64,000 nucleotides of DNA from Raja brachyura (taxonomy: Eukaryota), in assembly GCA_963514005.1 (NCBI GenBank), contig OY740787.1, forward strand, positions 30,814,001-30,878,000, in the 5' to 3' direction. Positions 12,696 through 24,117 of the stretch are shown piece after piece. The notes beneath the pieces were generated by a model. It saw only the letters and a list, made by a program, of their open reading frames with translations. It searched no databases and was not told where the DNA came from. Positions within the stretch are counted from its first letter, which is position 1. Every line of letters starts with the position of its first letter. Both the position numbers and the translations under genes were made by a program.

Positions 12696-15633
12696 TTAGT
12701 CCCACCTGCCTGCACTCATACCATAACCCTCCATACCCTTCTCATCCATATGCCTATCCAATTTATTTTTAAATACCAACGAACCTGCCGCCACCACTTC
12801 CACTGGAAGCTCGTTCCACACCGCTACCACTCTCTGAATAAAGAAGTTCCCCCTCATGTTACCCCTAAACCTCTGTCCCTTAATTCTAAAGTCATGTCCT
12901 CTTGTTTGAATCTTCCCTATTCTCAAAGGGAAAAGCTTGTCCACATCAACTCTGTCTATCCCTCTCATCATTTTAAAGACCTCTATCAAGTCCCCCCTTA
13001 ACCTTCTGCGCTCCAGAGAATAAAGACCTAACTTATTCAACCTATCTCTGTAACTTAGCTGTTGAAACCCAGGCAACATTCTGTACCCTCTCTATTTTGT
13101 TGACATCCTTCCTATAATTGGGCGACCAAAATTGTACACCATACTCCAGATTTGGTCTCACCAATGCCTTGTACAATTTTAACATTACATCCCAGCTTCT
13201 ATACTCAATGCTCTGATTTATAGAGGCTAGCATACCAAAAGCTTTCTTTACCACCCTATCTATATGAGATTCCACCTTCAAGGAACTATGCACAGTTATT
13301 CCCAGATCCCTCTGTTCAACTGTATTCTTCAATTCCCTACCGTTTACAATGTACGTCCTATTTTGATTTGTCCTGCCAAGGTGTAGCACCTCACATTTAT
13401 CAGCATTAAACTCCATCTGCCATCTTTCAGCCCATTTTTCCAACTGGCCTAAATCATTCTGTAGACTTTGGAAATCCTCTTCATTATCCACAACACCCCC
13501 TATCTTGGTATCATCTGCATACTTACTAATCCAATTTACCACCCCTTCATCCAGATCATTGATGTACATGACAAACAACAAAGGACCCAACACAGATCCC
13601 TGAGGCACCCCACTAGTCACCTGCCTCCAACCTGACAAACAGCCATCCACCATTACCCTCTGGCTTCTCCCATTCAGCCACTGTTGAATCCATCTTGCTA
13701 TTCCTGCATTTATACCCAACAGTTGAACCTTCTTAACCAACCTTCCATGAGGAACCTTGTCAAAGGCCTTACTGAAGTCCATATAGACAACATCCACTGC
13801 TTTACCCTCGTCAATTTCCCTAGTAACCTCTTCAAAAAATTCAAGAAGATTAGTCAAACATGACCTTCCAGGCATCAATCCATGTTGACTGTTCCTAATT
13901 AGACCCTCTTTATCCAGATACTTATATATATTATCTCTAAGTATCTTTTCCATTAATTTGCCCACCACTGAAGTCAAACTAACCGGTCTATAATTGCTAG
14001 GTTTACTTTTAGAACCCTTTTTAAACAATGGAACAACATGCGCAGTACGCCAATCCTCGGGGACTATTCCCGTTACTAATGACATTTGAAATATTTCTGT
14101 CATAGCCCCGGCTATTTCTACACTAACTTCCCTCAATGTCCTAGGGAATATCCTGTCAGGACCTGGAGACTTATCCACTTTTATATTTTTCAAAAGTGTC
14201 AGTACTTCTTTTACTTTGAAACTCATAGTATCCATAGCTACTCTACTAGTTTCCCTTACCTCACATAATTCAATATCCTTCTCCTTGGTGAATACCGAAG
14301 AAAAGAAATTGTTCAATATCTCCCCCATCTCTTTTGGCTCTGCAGGTAGCTGTCCACTCGGTCTCTCCAATGGACCAATTTTATCCCTTGTTATCCTTTT
14401 GCTATTAATATAGCTGTAGAAACCCTTTGGATTTACTTTCACCTTACTTGCCAAAGCAACCTCATATCTTCTTTTAGCTTTTCTAATTTCTTTCTTAAGA
14501 TTCTTTTTACATTCCTTATACTCCTCAAGCACCTCATTTACTTCATGCTGCCTATAATTATTGTAGATCTCCCTCTTTTTCCGAACAAGATGTCCAATTT
14601 CCCTTGAAAACCAGGGCTCTTTCCAATTTTTACTGGTTCCTTTCAACCGAACAGGAACATAAAGATTTTGTACTCTTAAAATTTCCCCTTTAAATGTCCT
14701 CCATTTCTCCTCTACATCTTTCCCATAAAACAAAATGTCCCAGTTCACTCCTTTTAAATCATCTCGCATCTCGTTAAAGTTAGCCTTTCTCCAATCAAAA
14801 ATCTCAACCCTAGGCCCAGTTCTGTCCTTCTCCATAATTATATTGAAACTAATGGTATTGTGATCACTGGACCCGAAGTGCTCCCCAACGCATACCTCCG
14901 CCACCTGTCCCGTCTCATTTCCTAACAGGAGGTCCAGCACTGCCCCTCCTCTAGTAAGCACCTCTATGTATTGCTGCAAAAAACTATCCTGCACACATTT
15001 TACAAACTCCAAACCATCCAGCCCATTTACAGAATGTGTTTCCCAGTCTATGTGTGGAAAGTTGAAATCTCCCACAATCACTACCTTGTGCTTACTACTA
15101 ATATCTGCTATCTCTTTACATATTTGCTCTTCCAATTCTCGTTCCCCATTTGGTGGTCTATAATATACCCCTATAAGTGTTGCTACACCTTTCCCACTTC
15201 TAAGTTCCACCCAAATAGCCTCCCTAGATGAGCCCTCCAATCTATCCTGCCAAAGCACTGCTGTAATATCTTCCCTGACTAGCAATGCAACACCTCCACC
15301 TCTTGCCCCTCCAATTCTATCACACCTGAAGCAACAAAATCCTGGAATATTTAGTTTCCAATCACAGCCCTCCTGCAACCATGTTTCACTGATCGCCACA
15401 ACATCATACTTCCAGGTGTCTATCCAGACTCTAAGCTCATCCACCTTTCTTACAATGCTCCTAGCATTAAAATATGCACATTTAAGAAACCCCCCATCTC
15501 TTATTCTCTGTTTATTTCCTTTTCTTTCTTTCTCCTCTTGTGTCCGAGTGCTTCCCTTTTCTGCTTCCTGCCTCCCATTCTGTCTACTAGCTTTTGCTAT
15601 TTGCATCCCTCGCCCCAACCATTCTAGTTTAAA
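12696..15633 (-). pseudogene. CR1 ORF2: apurinic-type endonuclease plus reverse transcriptase; one frameshifting microdeletion near 13080
   Basis: 893-aa ORF with [28 protein letters not shown] and YADD. C-terminal 127 aa continue in ORF 12696-13079, with RRFTR missing at the junction. Confidence 0.95.
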
Positions 15634-16560
15634 GTCTCCCCAGTGGCCTTTGCAAATTTCCCCGCCAGGATATTGGTCCCCCTCGGGTTCAAGTGCAACC
15701 CATCCTTTCTGTACAGGTCCCACCTACCCCAAAAGAAGTCCCAATGATCCAGAAACTTGAATCCCTGCCCTCTGCACCAGTCTTTCAGCCAAGCATTTAT
15801 CCTCCACCTTGCTCCATTTCTACTCTCACTGTCACGTGGCACAGGCAGTAATCCTGAGATTGTTACCTTTTTGGTCCTTTTCCTCAACTCTCCTCCCAAG
15901 TCCTTAAATCCTCCCTTCAGGACCTCTTCCCTTTTTTTACCTATGTCATTGGTACCTATATGTACCACAACCTCAGGCTCCTCTCCCTCTGATTTGAGGA
16001 TATCTTGGACACGTTTAGACACGTCCAAGACCTTGCCACCAGGGAGGCAGACCACCATCCTGGTCTCCCGACTGCGTCCACAGAATCGCCTATCCGACCC
16101 CCTAACAATAGAGTCCCCAATTACTATTGCCCTCCTCTTTTTTTTCCCTACCTTTCGGAGCAACAGGGCCGGTCTCTGTGCTGAAGGCCCGTCCGCTGTC
16201 GCTACCCCCGGGTAGGCTGTCACCCCCATCCGTACTCAAACAGGAGTACTTATTTGCCAGGTGTACTGACATTGGAGTACTCACTCGTTCATGCCTCTGC
16301 CCCTTGCCCTTCCTTAGCGTGACCCACATGTCTCTCTCCTGTGGTTTTGGAGTGACCACCTCCCTATAACTCTCCTCTATCACCTTTTCACTCTCCCTGA
16401 CCAGGCAGAGGTCATTGAGCTGCTGCTCCAGGATCCTAATACGGTCCCTTAGGAGCCCCATCTCTCTGCACCTGATGCAGATGTGGACGTCAAGAGGGCC
16501 ATCCGACACCATGACCTCCCACATCTGACATGCAGTACAGTACACTGCTCTGGCTGACAT
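15624..16560 (-). pseudogene. CR1 ORF1: CxxC-CxxC zinc finger, coiled coil and SGNH esterase; frameshift in an A-run near 16140
   Basis: CTAC...CIRC, GDSIV, GTND and DGLH motifs split over ORFs 16102-16560 and 15624-16229. Colinear with the intact ORF at 24118-25065. Confidence 0.92.
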
Positions 16561-16689
16561 TCTCTCGCCTTACCCTGGATCCGATACCAGTATAATATAA
16601 TGGAAACTGCTGTGAGAAATCAGCAGGTATCTGACTCAAACTGCTGCTCCCAACTTGACCTTTAACCTACACCTTTATTATACAAACCA

Positions 16690-17315
16690 AAAGCACTGTA
16701 CCTTTACTAAAACATTGTACCTTTACTAAAACACTGTACCTTTACTAACCCACTGTACCTTTACTAACCCACTGTACCTTTACTAAAACACTGTACCTTT
16801 ACTAACCCACTGTACCTTTACTAAAACACTGTACCTTTACTAAAACACTGTACCTTTACTAAAGCACTGTACCTTTACTAAAACACTGTACCTTTACTAA
16901 CCCCCTGTACCTTTACTAACCCCCTGTACCTTTACTAACCCCCTGTACCTTTACTAACCCCCTGTACCTTTACTAACCCCCTGTACCTTTACTAACCCCC
17001 TGTACCTTTACTAACCCCCTGTACCTTTACTAACCCCCTGTACCTTTACTAACCCACTGCACCTTTACTAACCCACTGCACCTTTACTAACCCACTGCAC
17101 CTTTACTAACCCACTGTACCTTTACTAACCCACTGTACCTTTACTAACCCACTGTATCTTTACTAACCCACTGTACCTTTACTAACCCCCTGTACCTTTA
17201 CTAACCCCCTGTACCTTTACTAACCCACTGTACCTTTACTAACCCACTGTACCTTTACTAACCCACTGTACCTTTACTAAAACACTGTACCTTTACTAAC
17301 CCCCTGTACCTTTAA
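16690..17315. repeat. 19-bp minisatellite (about 33 units) in the CR1 5' UTR
   Basis: Unit ctgtacctttactaa followed by aaca, ccca or cccc, head-to-tail with no spacers. Confidence 0.97.
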
Positions 17316-17348
17316 CCAGAAAGCAGAAATACTAACCAGAGGCTCCAC

Positions 17349-17384
17349 CCAATCAGCTGCTTCCTCTAGTCTGCTTCCACCAAT
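17349..17384 (-). promoter_or_regulatory. Paired CCAAT boxes in CR1 5' UTR (candidate internal promoter)
   Basis: CCAATCAG at 17349 and 17380. Same 31-bp spacing at 3123/3154 and 23910/23941. Confidence 0.55.
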
Positions 17385-17657
17385 CAGCGGCTTCCACCAG
17401 AAACCTCCCTATTCAGTATGGAATGTTCCGGATTTAGGTAAAAACAAGCCCCTGACCCTCCTCCACTCGCTCCAACGGTCCCGGGCCTCAAAGGTGATTT
17501 CACGCCGATTCAGATCCAGGCGTCTCACACTGCAATCAGTTGACTCAGGAGGAGTGAATATAGCAAAACATCGAAACAGGATACTGATTAACATGTTAAA
17601 GCTTTAATTCACAAATAAACAAATATACAATAGCAACTCCTCTCTCCCAGGGAGAAG

Positions 17658-18620
17658 CTATGAAACAGAACTTAAAACAGAATGGGCGAACACCCCGGCT
17701 TCAACAAGCAGCTTATTATAAAACCTTTGAAAAGTCAATTCATTTGACCATCCTGCGGCCACGAGGATATGGTCTAGGGGGATGACAATTGCCCTCGCCA
17801 CTGATGTTGATGCTGCCCTGGTGGAGTGAGATTTAAAATTGTCAGTATTAACTCCTGCACATCCCAACACTTGCTTCAGCCATCGTGAAATGGTCTGAGC
17901 TGAAACTTTCATATGTGGCTTTTTGTGGCTAATAAACAATGCTTGCCCAGAGCCTCGAAGGCTCTTCGTGACTTCAATATAATGCCGCAAGTGTGCCACC
18001 ACACACAGCCGTAAATCCATGGGATAAGCTAACAGTACAAGCTTGAATCCAAACACCCCTGGCCTGCTTTGTTTAATTAGGTCATAGATGTAAAATTTAA
18101 CATAATTCTGTAAGGACACCATCCTGTCCAGGCACAGTTTATGCAAGGTCTGAACCCTTTGCGCTGATACGAGCGCCATGAGCACAACCAACTTAAGGGT
18201 AATCTTTGTTAAGGGCAAAGATGTGGCTGTACCCCATTGACGAAGCAGCGTCAGTACCATGCTTACATCCCGGATTTCAGAATACCTAGGCCTAGGAGGA
18301 TTAGAGTTAAAAACACCCTTCATAAATCTGGAAATTAACGGATGAGATCCTATAGACGGAAGGTCTGACCCCCATCATAGGTACGAGGACAAAGCGCTCC
18401 TGGCACTGTTGATGGCACTATAGCTCAACCCTTCATCGAAATGTAAGTTGGACAGAAATTCGAGCACATATGGGATGGAGGCTGTGTGGTATGTAATGTT
18501 CCCCTGTAAACAAAATTTCTCCCATTTCCTGACATGAAAGATTTACTGCCTTTTCGTACTATCCCTCCATGATGCTGTGATGACATCCATGGTCTGATTG
18601 GATAGTGCCAGACCCAGATA
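17658..18620 (-). pseudogene. DIRS tyrosine recombinase
   Basis: ORF 17658-18323 has SAQR, HSTR, AGWS and FQRFY (R...HxxR...W...Y catalytic residues). Upstream SAM-like domain is disrupted. Confidence 0.9.
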
Positions 18621-18628
18621 TGGCCTTC

Positions 18629-19330
18629 TTAATATCTGCAAATCAACAAATTTAGACGATCATACAATGGGTGTTGACCTCCATTCACAGGGTGCACTAA
18701 CAGATTATGACATTTTGGAACCACCATAATAGGTTGTGTACTATTACCCGAAATCAGAGGGAACCATGGCTGTGTAGGCCAGTCGGGTACCACCAAAACC
18801 CCTGAAGCGGAGTCCTGTTTGATCTTAGTCAAGCACCGACTGATGAGGCAGAAGGGGATAAATGCATATAAAAACATTCCGCCCCAGTGCAGCGAGAATG
18901 CATTCACTGCAACTGCCCCAGGGTCTGGTTCCCATGAAACATATTTCGGTACCTGGTGATTAAGCATGGATGCAAACAAATCGATATCTAGTACCCCATA
19001 TCGGAGAACAATTTCCTTAAATACATCATGATTCAACATCCACTCAGTGTTGTCGTTGAATTTGCGTGACCTGGTGTCTGCCACCATATTGAATCTGCCT
19101 GGCAATCCAAATATTCTTTTTAATGCAGCAGTGCCAAATAAGGTTAGCCAAGCCGTCACAAGATTTCGATTTGATTCCACACATGTGATTAACATACGCC
19201 ACTGCTGTGGTGTTGCCAATCTGAAGCTGAACATGTAAGTGATGCTTAGTGGTACAGTAAGCTTTGAGCCCATAAAATGCCACAAAGGTGTTTCCAATTA
19301 ATAAGATGTCATCCAAATAGGCCATTACAA
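18629..19330 (-). pseudogene. DIRS RT C-terminus, RNase H and adenine-methyltransferase-like domain (frameshifted, internally deleted)
   Basis: MAYLDDILL, GNTTAVAYVN, NMVADTRSR, IDLFAS, LYAFIPF and VPDWPTQPWFP motifs. Confidence 0.88.
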
Positions 19331-19875
19331 TATAGAAACATAGAAACATAGAAATTAGGTGCAGGAGTAGGCCATTCGGCCCTTCGAGCCTGCACCACCA
19401 TTCAATATGATCATGGCTGATAATCCAACTCAGTATCCCGTACCTGCCTTCTCTCCATACCCTCTGATCCCCTTAGCCACAAGGGCCACATCTAACTCCC
19501 TCTTAAATATAGCCAATGAACTAGCCTCAACTACCCTCTGTGGCAGAGAGTTCCAGAGACCCACCACTCTCTGTGTGAAAAAAGTCCTTCTCATCTCGGT
19601 CCTAAAGGATTTCCCCCTTATCCTTAAGCTGTGACCCCTTGTCCTGGACCTCCCCAACATCGGGAACAATCTTCCTGCATCTAGCCTGTCCAACCCCTTA
19701 AGAATTTTGTAAGTTTCTGTAAGATCCCCTCTCAATCTCCTAAATTCTAGAGAGTATAAACCGAGTCTATGCAGTCTTTGTTCATAAGACAGTCCTGACA
19801 TCCCAGGAATCAGTCTGGTGAACCTTCTCTGCACTCCCTCTATGGCAATAATGTCCTTCCTCAGATTTGGAGACC
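19331..19875 (-). mobile_element. 5'-truncated young CR1 3' end inserted in the DIRS RT
   Basis: Open ORF2 C-terminus (19430-19875) and (TCTATGTT)n tail. It splits DIRS RT between LLWSQG and IVMAYLDD. Confidence 0.93.
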
Positions 19876-20208
19876 CTGTGACCATAATAACCCTAGTACT
19901 GGTTTTAGTAATTTGGTAAATAAGCGAGGGGCTGAGGTTAACCCATTAGGCAGTGCTCTAAACTACCATAATTGCCCCAACCAGCTAAATTTCAAATATC
20001 TCCGATATTCTTTATGAACAGGCACTGAATAATATGCATCTTAAAGATCTATAGATGTCATATAACACCCTCTGGAAAACAATTGCTTGGCAGTAGCGAA
20101 CGTTTCCATCTTAAAATGATTATACTGCACAAACGGATTAAGTCCTATCAGGTACAAAATAATCCGACACCCACCATCTTTCTTTGGTCTAGGAAACATA
20201 TTAGACCA
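19876..20208 (-). pseudogene. DIRS reverse transcriptase N-terminal half
   Basis: Manual translation gives RPKKDGGCRI...HFKMET...SIDL*DAYYSVP...FRALPNGLTSAPRLFTKLLKP. Confidence 0.88.
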
Positions 20209-22798
20209 TGGGGGAGTGTTTGCCCTAATGTTGTCAGGGAGGATTTAAACTAATGTGGCAGGGGGTGGGAGCATGAGCAGAGAGAGGGATGTAAAATGAG
20301 GGTAAAAGCAATAGGTAGCAAGGTGAAAAGTAAAAGTGGCAGGCAGACAAATCCAGGGCAAAAATCAAAAAGGGCCACTTTTCAACATAATTGTATAAGG
20401 GGTAAGAGTGTTGTAAAAACAAGCCTGAAGGCTTTATGTCTCAATGCAAGGAGCATTCGTAATCAGGTGGATGAGTTGAATGTGCAGATAGTTATTAATT
20501 AATATGATATCATTGGGATCACGGAGACATAGCTCCAGGGTGACCAAGGCTGGGAGCTGAACATCCAGGGATATTCAATATTCAGGAGGGATAGACAGAA
20601 AGGAAAAGGAGGTGGAGTAGCGTTGCTGGTTAGAGAGAAGATTAACGCAATGGAAAGGAAGGACATTAGCTTGGAGGATGTGGAATTGATATGGGTAGAG
20701 CTGCGAAAACTAAGGGGCAGAAAACGCTGGTGGGTGTTGTGTACGGCCACCTAACAGTGGTAGTGGAGTTGGGGATGGCATCAAACATGAAATTAGAAAT
20801 GTGTGCAACAAAGGTAAAACAGTTATAATGGGTGACTTCAATCTACATATAGATTAGGTGAATCAAACTGGCAGGGGTACTGAGGAAGAGGATTTCATGG
20901 AATGTATGCGGGATAGTTTTCTAAACCAACATGTAGAGGAACCAATGAGAGAGCAGGCTTATCTAGACTGGGTACTGAGTAATGAGGAAGGGTTAGTTAG
21001 CAGACCATTGAGTGTTGCCCCTTGGGCAAGAGTGACCATGATATGGTTGATTTCTTCATTAGGATGGAGAGTGACATTGTTAATTCAGAAACAAGGGTTC
21101 TGAACTTAAAGAAAGGTAACTTTGAGGGTATGAGATGTGAATTGGCCAAGATAGACTGGCAAGTGATTCTTAAAGGGTCGAAGGTGGATATGCAATGGGA
21201 GGCTTTTAAAGACTGCATGGATGAACTACAACAATTGTTCATCCCAGTTTGGCAAAAGAATAAACAGGGAAGATAGTGCATCCGTGGATAACAAGGGAAA
21301 TCAGGGATAGTATCAAAGCAAAAGATAAAGCGTACAAATTAGCCAGAAAAAGCAGCCTACCAGAGGACTGGGAGAAATTCAGAGAACAGCAGAGGAGGAC
21401 AAAGGGCTTAATTAGGAAAGGAAAAATAGATTATGAAAGAAAAGTGGCAGGGAACATAAAATCTGACTGCAAAAGTTTTTATAGATATGTGAAGAGAAAA
21501 AGGTTAGTTAAAACAAATGTAGGTCCCTTGCAGTCAGAAACTGGTGAATTGATCATGGGGAACAAGGACATGGCAGACAATTGAATAACTACTTTGGTTC
21601 TGTCTTCACTAAGGAAGACATAAGTAATCTGCCAAAAATAGGAGGGAACCGGGGGTCAAATGAGATGGAGGAACTGAGTGAAATCCAGGTTAGCTGGGAA
21701 GTGGTGTTAGGTAAATTGAATGGATTAAAGGCCGATAAATCTCCAGGGCCACATAGGCTGCATCCCAGAGTACTTAAGAAATAGTGGATGCATTAGTGAT
21801 AATTTAGAGATTAGCATTCAAACTTAAAGCACATGGTATTGGGGGTTCAGTGTTGATGTGGATAGAGAACTGGCTGGCAGACAGGAAGCAAAGAGTAGGA
21901 GTAAATGGGTCATTTTCAGAATGGCAGGCAGTGACTAGTGGGGTACCGCAAGGCTCAGTGCTGGGACCCCAGCTATTTACAATATATATTAATGATCTGG
22001 ATGAGGGAATTGAATGCAACATCTCCAAGTCTGCGGATGACACAAAGTTGGGGGGCAGTGTTAGCTGTGAGGAGGATGCTAGGAGGCTGCAAGGTGACTT
22101 GGATAGGTTGGGGGGGTGGGCAAATGCATGGCAGATTCAGTATAATGTGGATAAATGTGAGGTTATCCACTTTGGCGGCAAAAACAGGAGGGTAGACTAT
22201 TATCTGAATGGTGGCCGATTAGGAAAGGGGGAGATGCAATGAGACCTGGGTGTCATGGTACACCAGTCATTGAAAGTAGCCATGCAGGTGCAGCAGGCTG
22301 TGAAGAAAGCGAATGGTATGTTGGCATTCATAGCAAAAGGATTTGAGTACAAGAGCAGGGAGGTTCTACTGCAGTTGTACAGGGTCTTGGTGAGGCCACA
22401 CCTGGAGTATTGTGTACAATTGTGGTCTCCTAATCTGAGGAAAGCCATTCTTGCCATAGAGGGAGTACAGAGAAGGTTCACCAGACTGATTCCTGGGATG
22501 GCAGGACTTCCATATGAAGAAAGACTGGATAGACTCGGCTTGTACTCGCTGGAATTTAGGAGATTGAGGGGGGATCTTAAAAAAGACTTACAAAATTCTT
22601 AAGCGGTTCGACAGGCTAGATGCAGGAAGATTGTTCCTGATGTTGGGGAACTCCAAAACAAGGGGTCACAGTTTAAGGATAAGGGGGAAGCCTTTTCGGA
22701 CCGAGATGATCATTTTTCACACAGAGAGTGGTGAGTCTGTGGAATTCTCTGCCACAGAAGGTAGTTGAGGCCAGTTCATTGGCTATATTTAAGAGGGG
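20209..22798 (+). mobile_element. Decayed CR1 LINE from the end of ORF1 to near the end of ORF2; internal deletion near 21803; tail lost
   Basis: Closely parallels 25023-27968. APE and RT fragments with stops and frameshifts. Confidence 0.93.
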
Positions 22799-23539
22799 AT
22801 TCTTCACTGAATCATTCATGTGACTCCGAAGTAAAATAAGAATAATAACACTTCTCAAAATGCTTCACTGGTTATAAATTGCTTTGTGATGCCTTAAAAC
22901 GGAATATGAAGTGAAAAATAAATTTTCATTTGTACATCTTTTCATCTAATAAATGAGTATTCTGTTTGCTGAGTAAAACAAGCTAATAATAATTATCTAA
23001 AAGCCTAAAATAGGTCTACATGAATGGAATTCTGAAAATAACATACCATCATTTTTCTACTTTCTATGGCACAGTCATTAATAATATTCCAGATTATAAT
23101 TCTGATCAACTGCAAAAGAATAGAGCATTCAAATTTATGGTGCAGCTTGAGAGTGCAAGAACCGTGGACAAACTATATCCATGCAGCTCAAATACCCACC
23201 TGTCACATATAAACTACATTTTTTATAGGATGACGGCCTCTGCTATTTGTAGTAATTTATGTTTCACAAATACATAGGCCAATGAAGATAAACTTAATAA
23301 TTCCCAACTATATAAAGGAATCAGCAATGATAATCACAGTGTGTGTACTGCCTACCATGAGATACCATGCACCTGTTCTTCACTGTGTAACAACTTCACG
23401 GGAACTGTATTTTGACACACAGTAGCTTTGACGATATTAATCAAGAAGGACTGTGGAGCATTCTTCTTAAATTTGGCTGCCTGCAGCAAGTTGTCTCCAT
23501 CTTGCATCTATATGATGTCTGCGTGTTGTGATCTTGCTG

Positions 23540-23670
23540 TAGATTCTGATGTGGGGTCTCAACCTGAAACGTTGACAATTCCTTTCTTCCAATTGATGCT
23601 GCTGACTTGCTAAGTTCCTCCAGCAGGTGGATTGTTGCTCCTATTCCAACATCTGCAGTCTCTTGTAGCT
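23540..23670 (+). mobile_element. Penelope-tail/hammerhead-like repeat
   Basis: ctgatgtggggtctcaacctgaaacgttgac...gatgctgctgacttgctaagttcctccagc. Confidence 0.55.
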
Positions 23671-24117
23671 CTATGTTGTGATCATAACCTGGGGGACTAC
23701 TAAAGATCCAACCTTAGTGCAGACAGTGTTAAACAAAGCTGCATCAGTGCTCCAACTCTCATTCCAATCTTCTTCTGAATGCCATTCTCATCTCCAACAA
23801 ACTTCCCGTTGGATCCGTTGGTGAGAGAGGGTGGAGTACCTGGAGCTGTGAGACCGAATTCTGCAATGTTCCGTCTCACTTCCAGAGAAGGAATCGGGTG
23901 AAGCCTCTGATTGGTGCAAGAGGACCTGAGGAAGCAGCTGATTGGGTGCAACCCCGGGTTTACAATTTTTACATTTCTGCCTTCAGGTTTAAGGATTCTG
24001 GGATATAAGGATTCTTGGAGTTAAGGATTCTGTATTTATTAGTATTTATTAGTAAAGTTTAAAGGATAAGTTTTTGTGTTTTTTATTATTTAATACAGAG
24101 TAATTTGGGAGTAAGAT

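Larger units (their letters stand above)
12616..17488 (-). mobile_element. Full-length, nearly intact CR1 LINE
   Basis: 5' UTR with CCAAT pair and VNTR, ORF1, ORF2 (APE and RT) and an (ATGGTTAT)n-like tail at 12616-12635. Only two frame disruptions seen (about 16140 and 13080). Confidence 0.95.
12279..22838 (-). mobile_element. DIRS1-like tyrosine-recombinase retrotransposon, decayed and interrupted by three CR1 insertions
   Basis: 3' terminus 12279-12353 and 5' terminus 22801-22838 are both complementary to an internal region at 12500-12611 (ICR). RT, RNase H, methyltransferase-like and YR remnants lie at 17658-20208. Confidence 0.88.

Noticed and set aside
14086-16369. Plus-strand ORFs of 60-152 aa
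   Set aside because: Antisense shadows of CR1 ORF1/ORF2. Similar shadows occur on every CR1 and Rex1 copy.
16690-17315. CRISPR-like array
   Set aside because: Units are head-to-tail with no unique spacers and there are no cas genes. It is a minisatellite in a eukaryotic LINE UTR.
17658-19297. Prophage integrase plus Dam methylase (bacterial contamination or horizontal transfer)
   Set aside because: Linked RT/RNase H, ICR and ITR structure identify a eukaryotic DIRS element nested among vertebrate LINEs.
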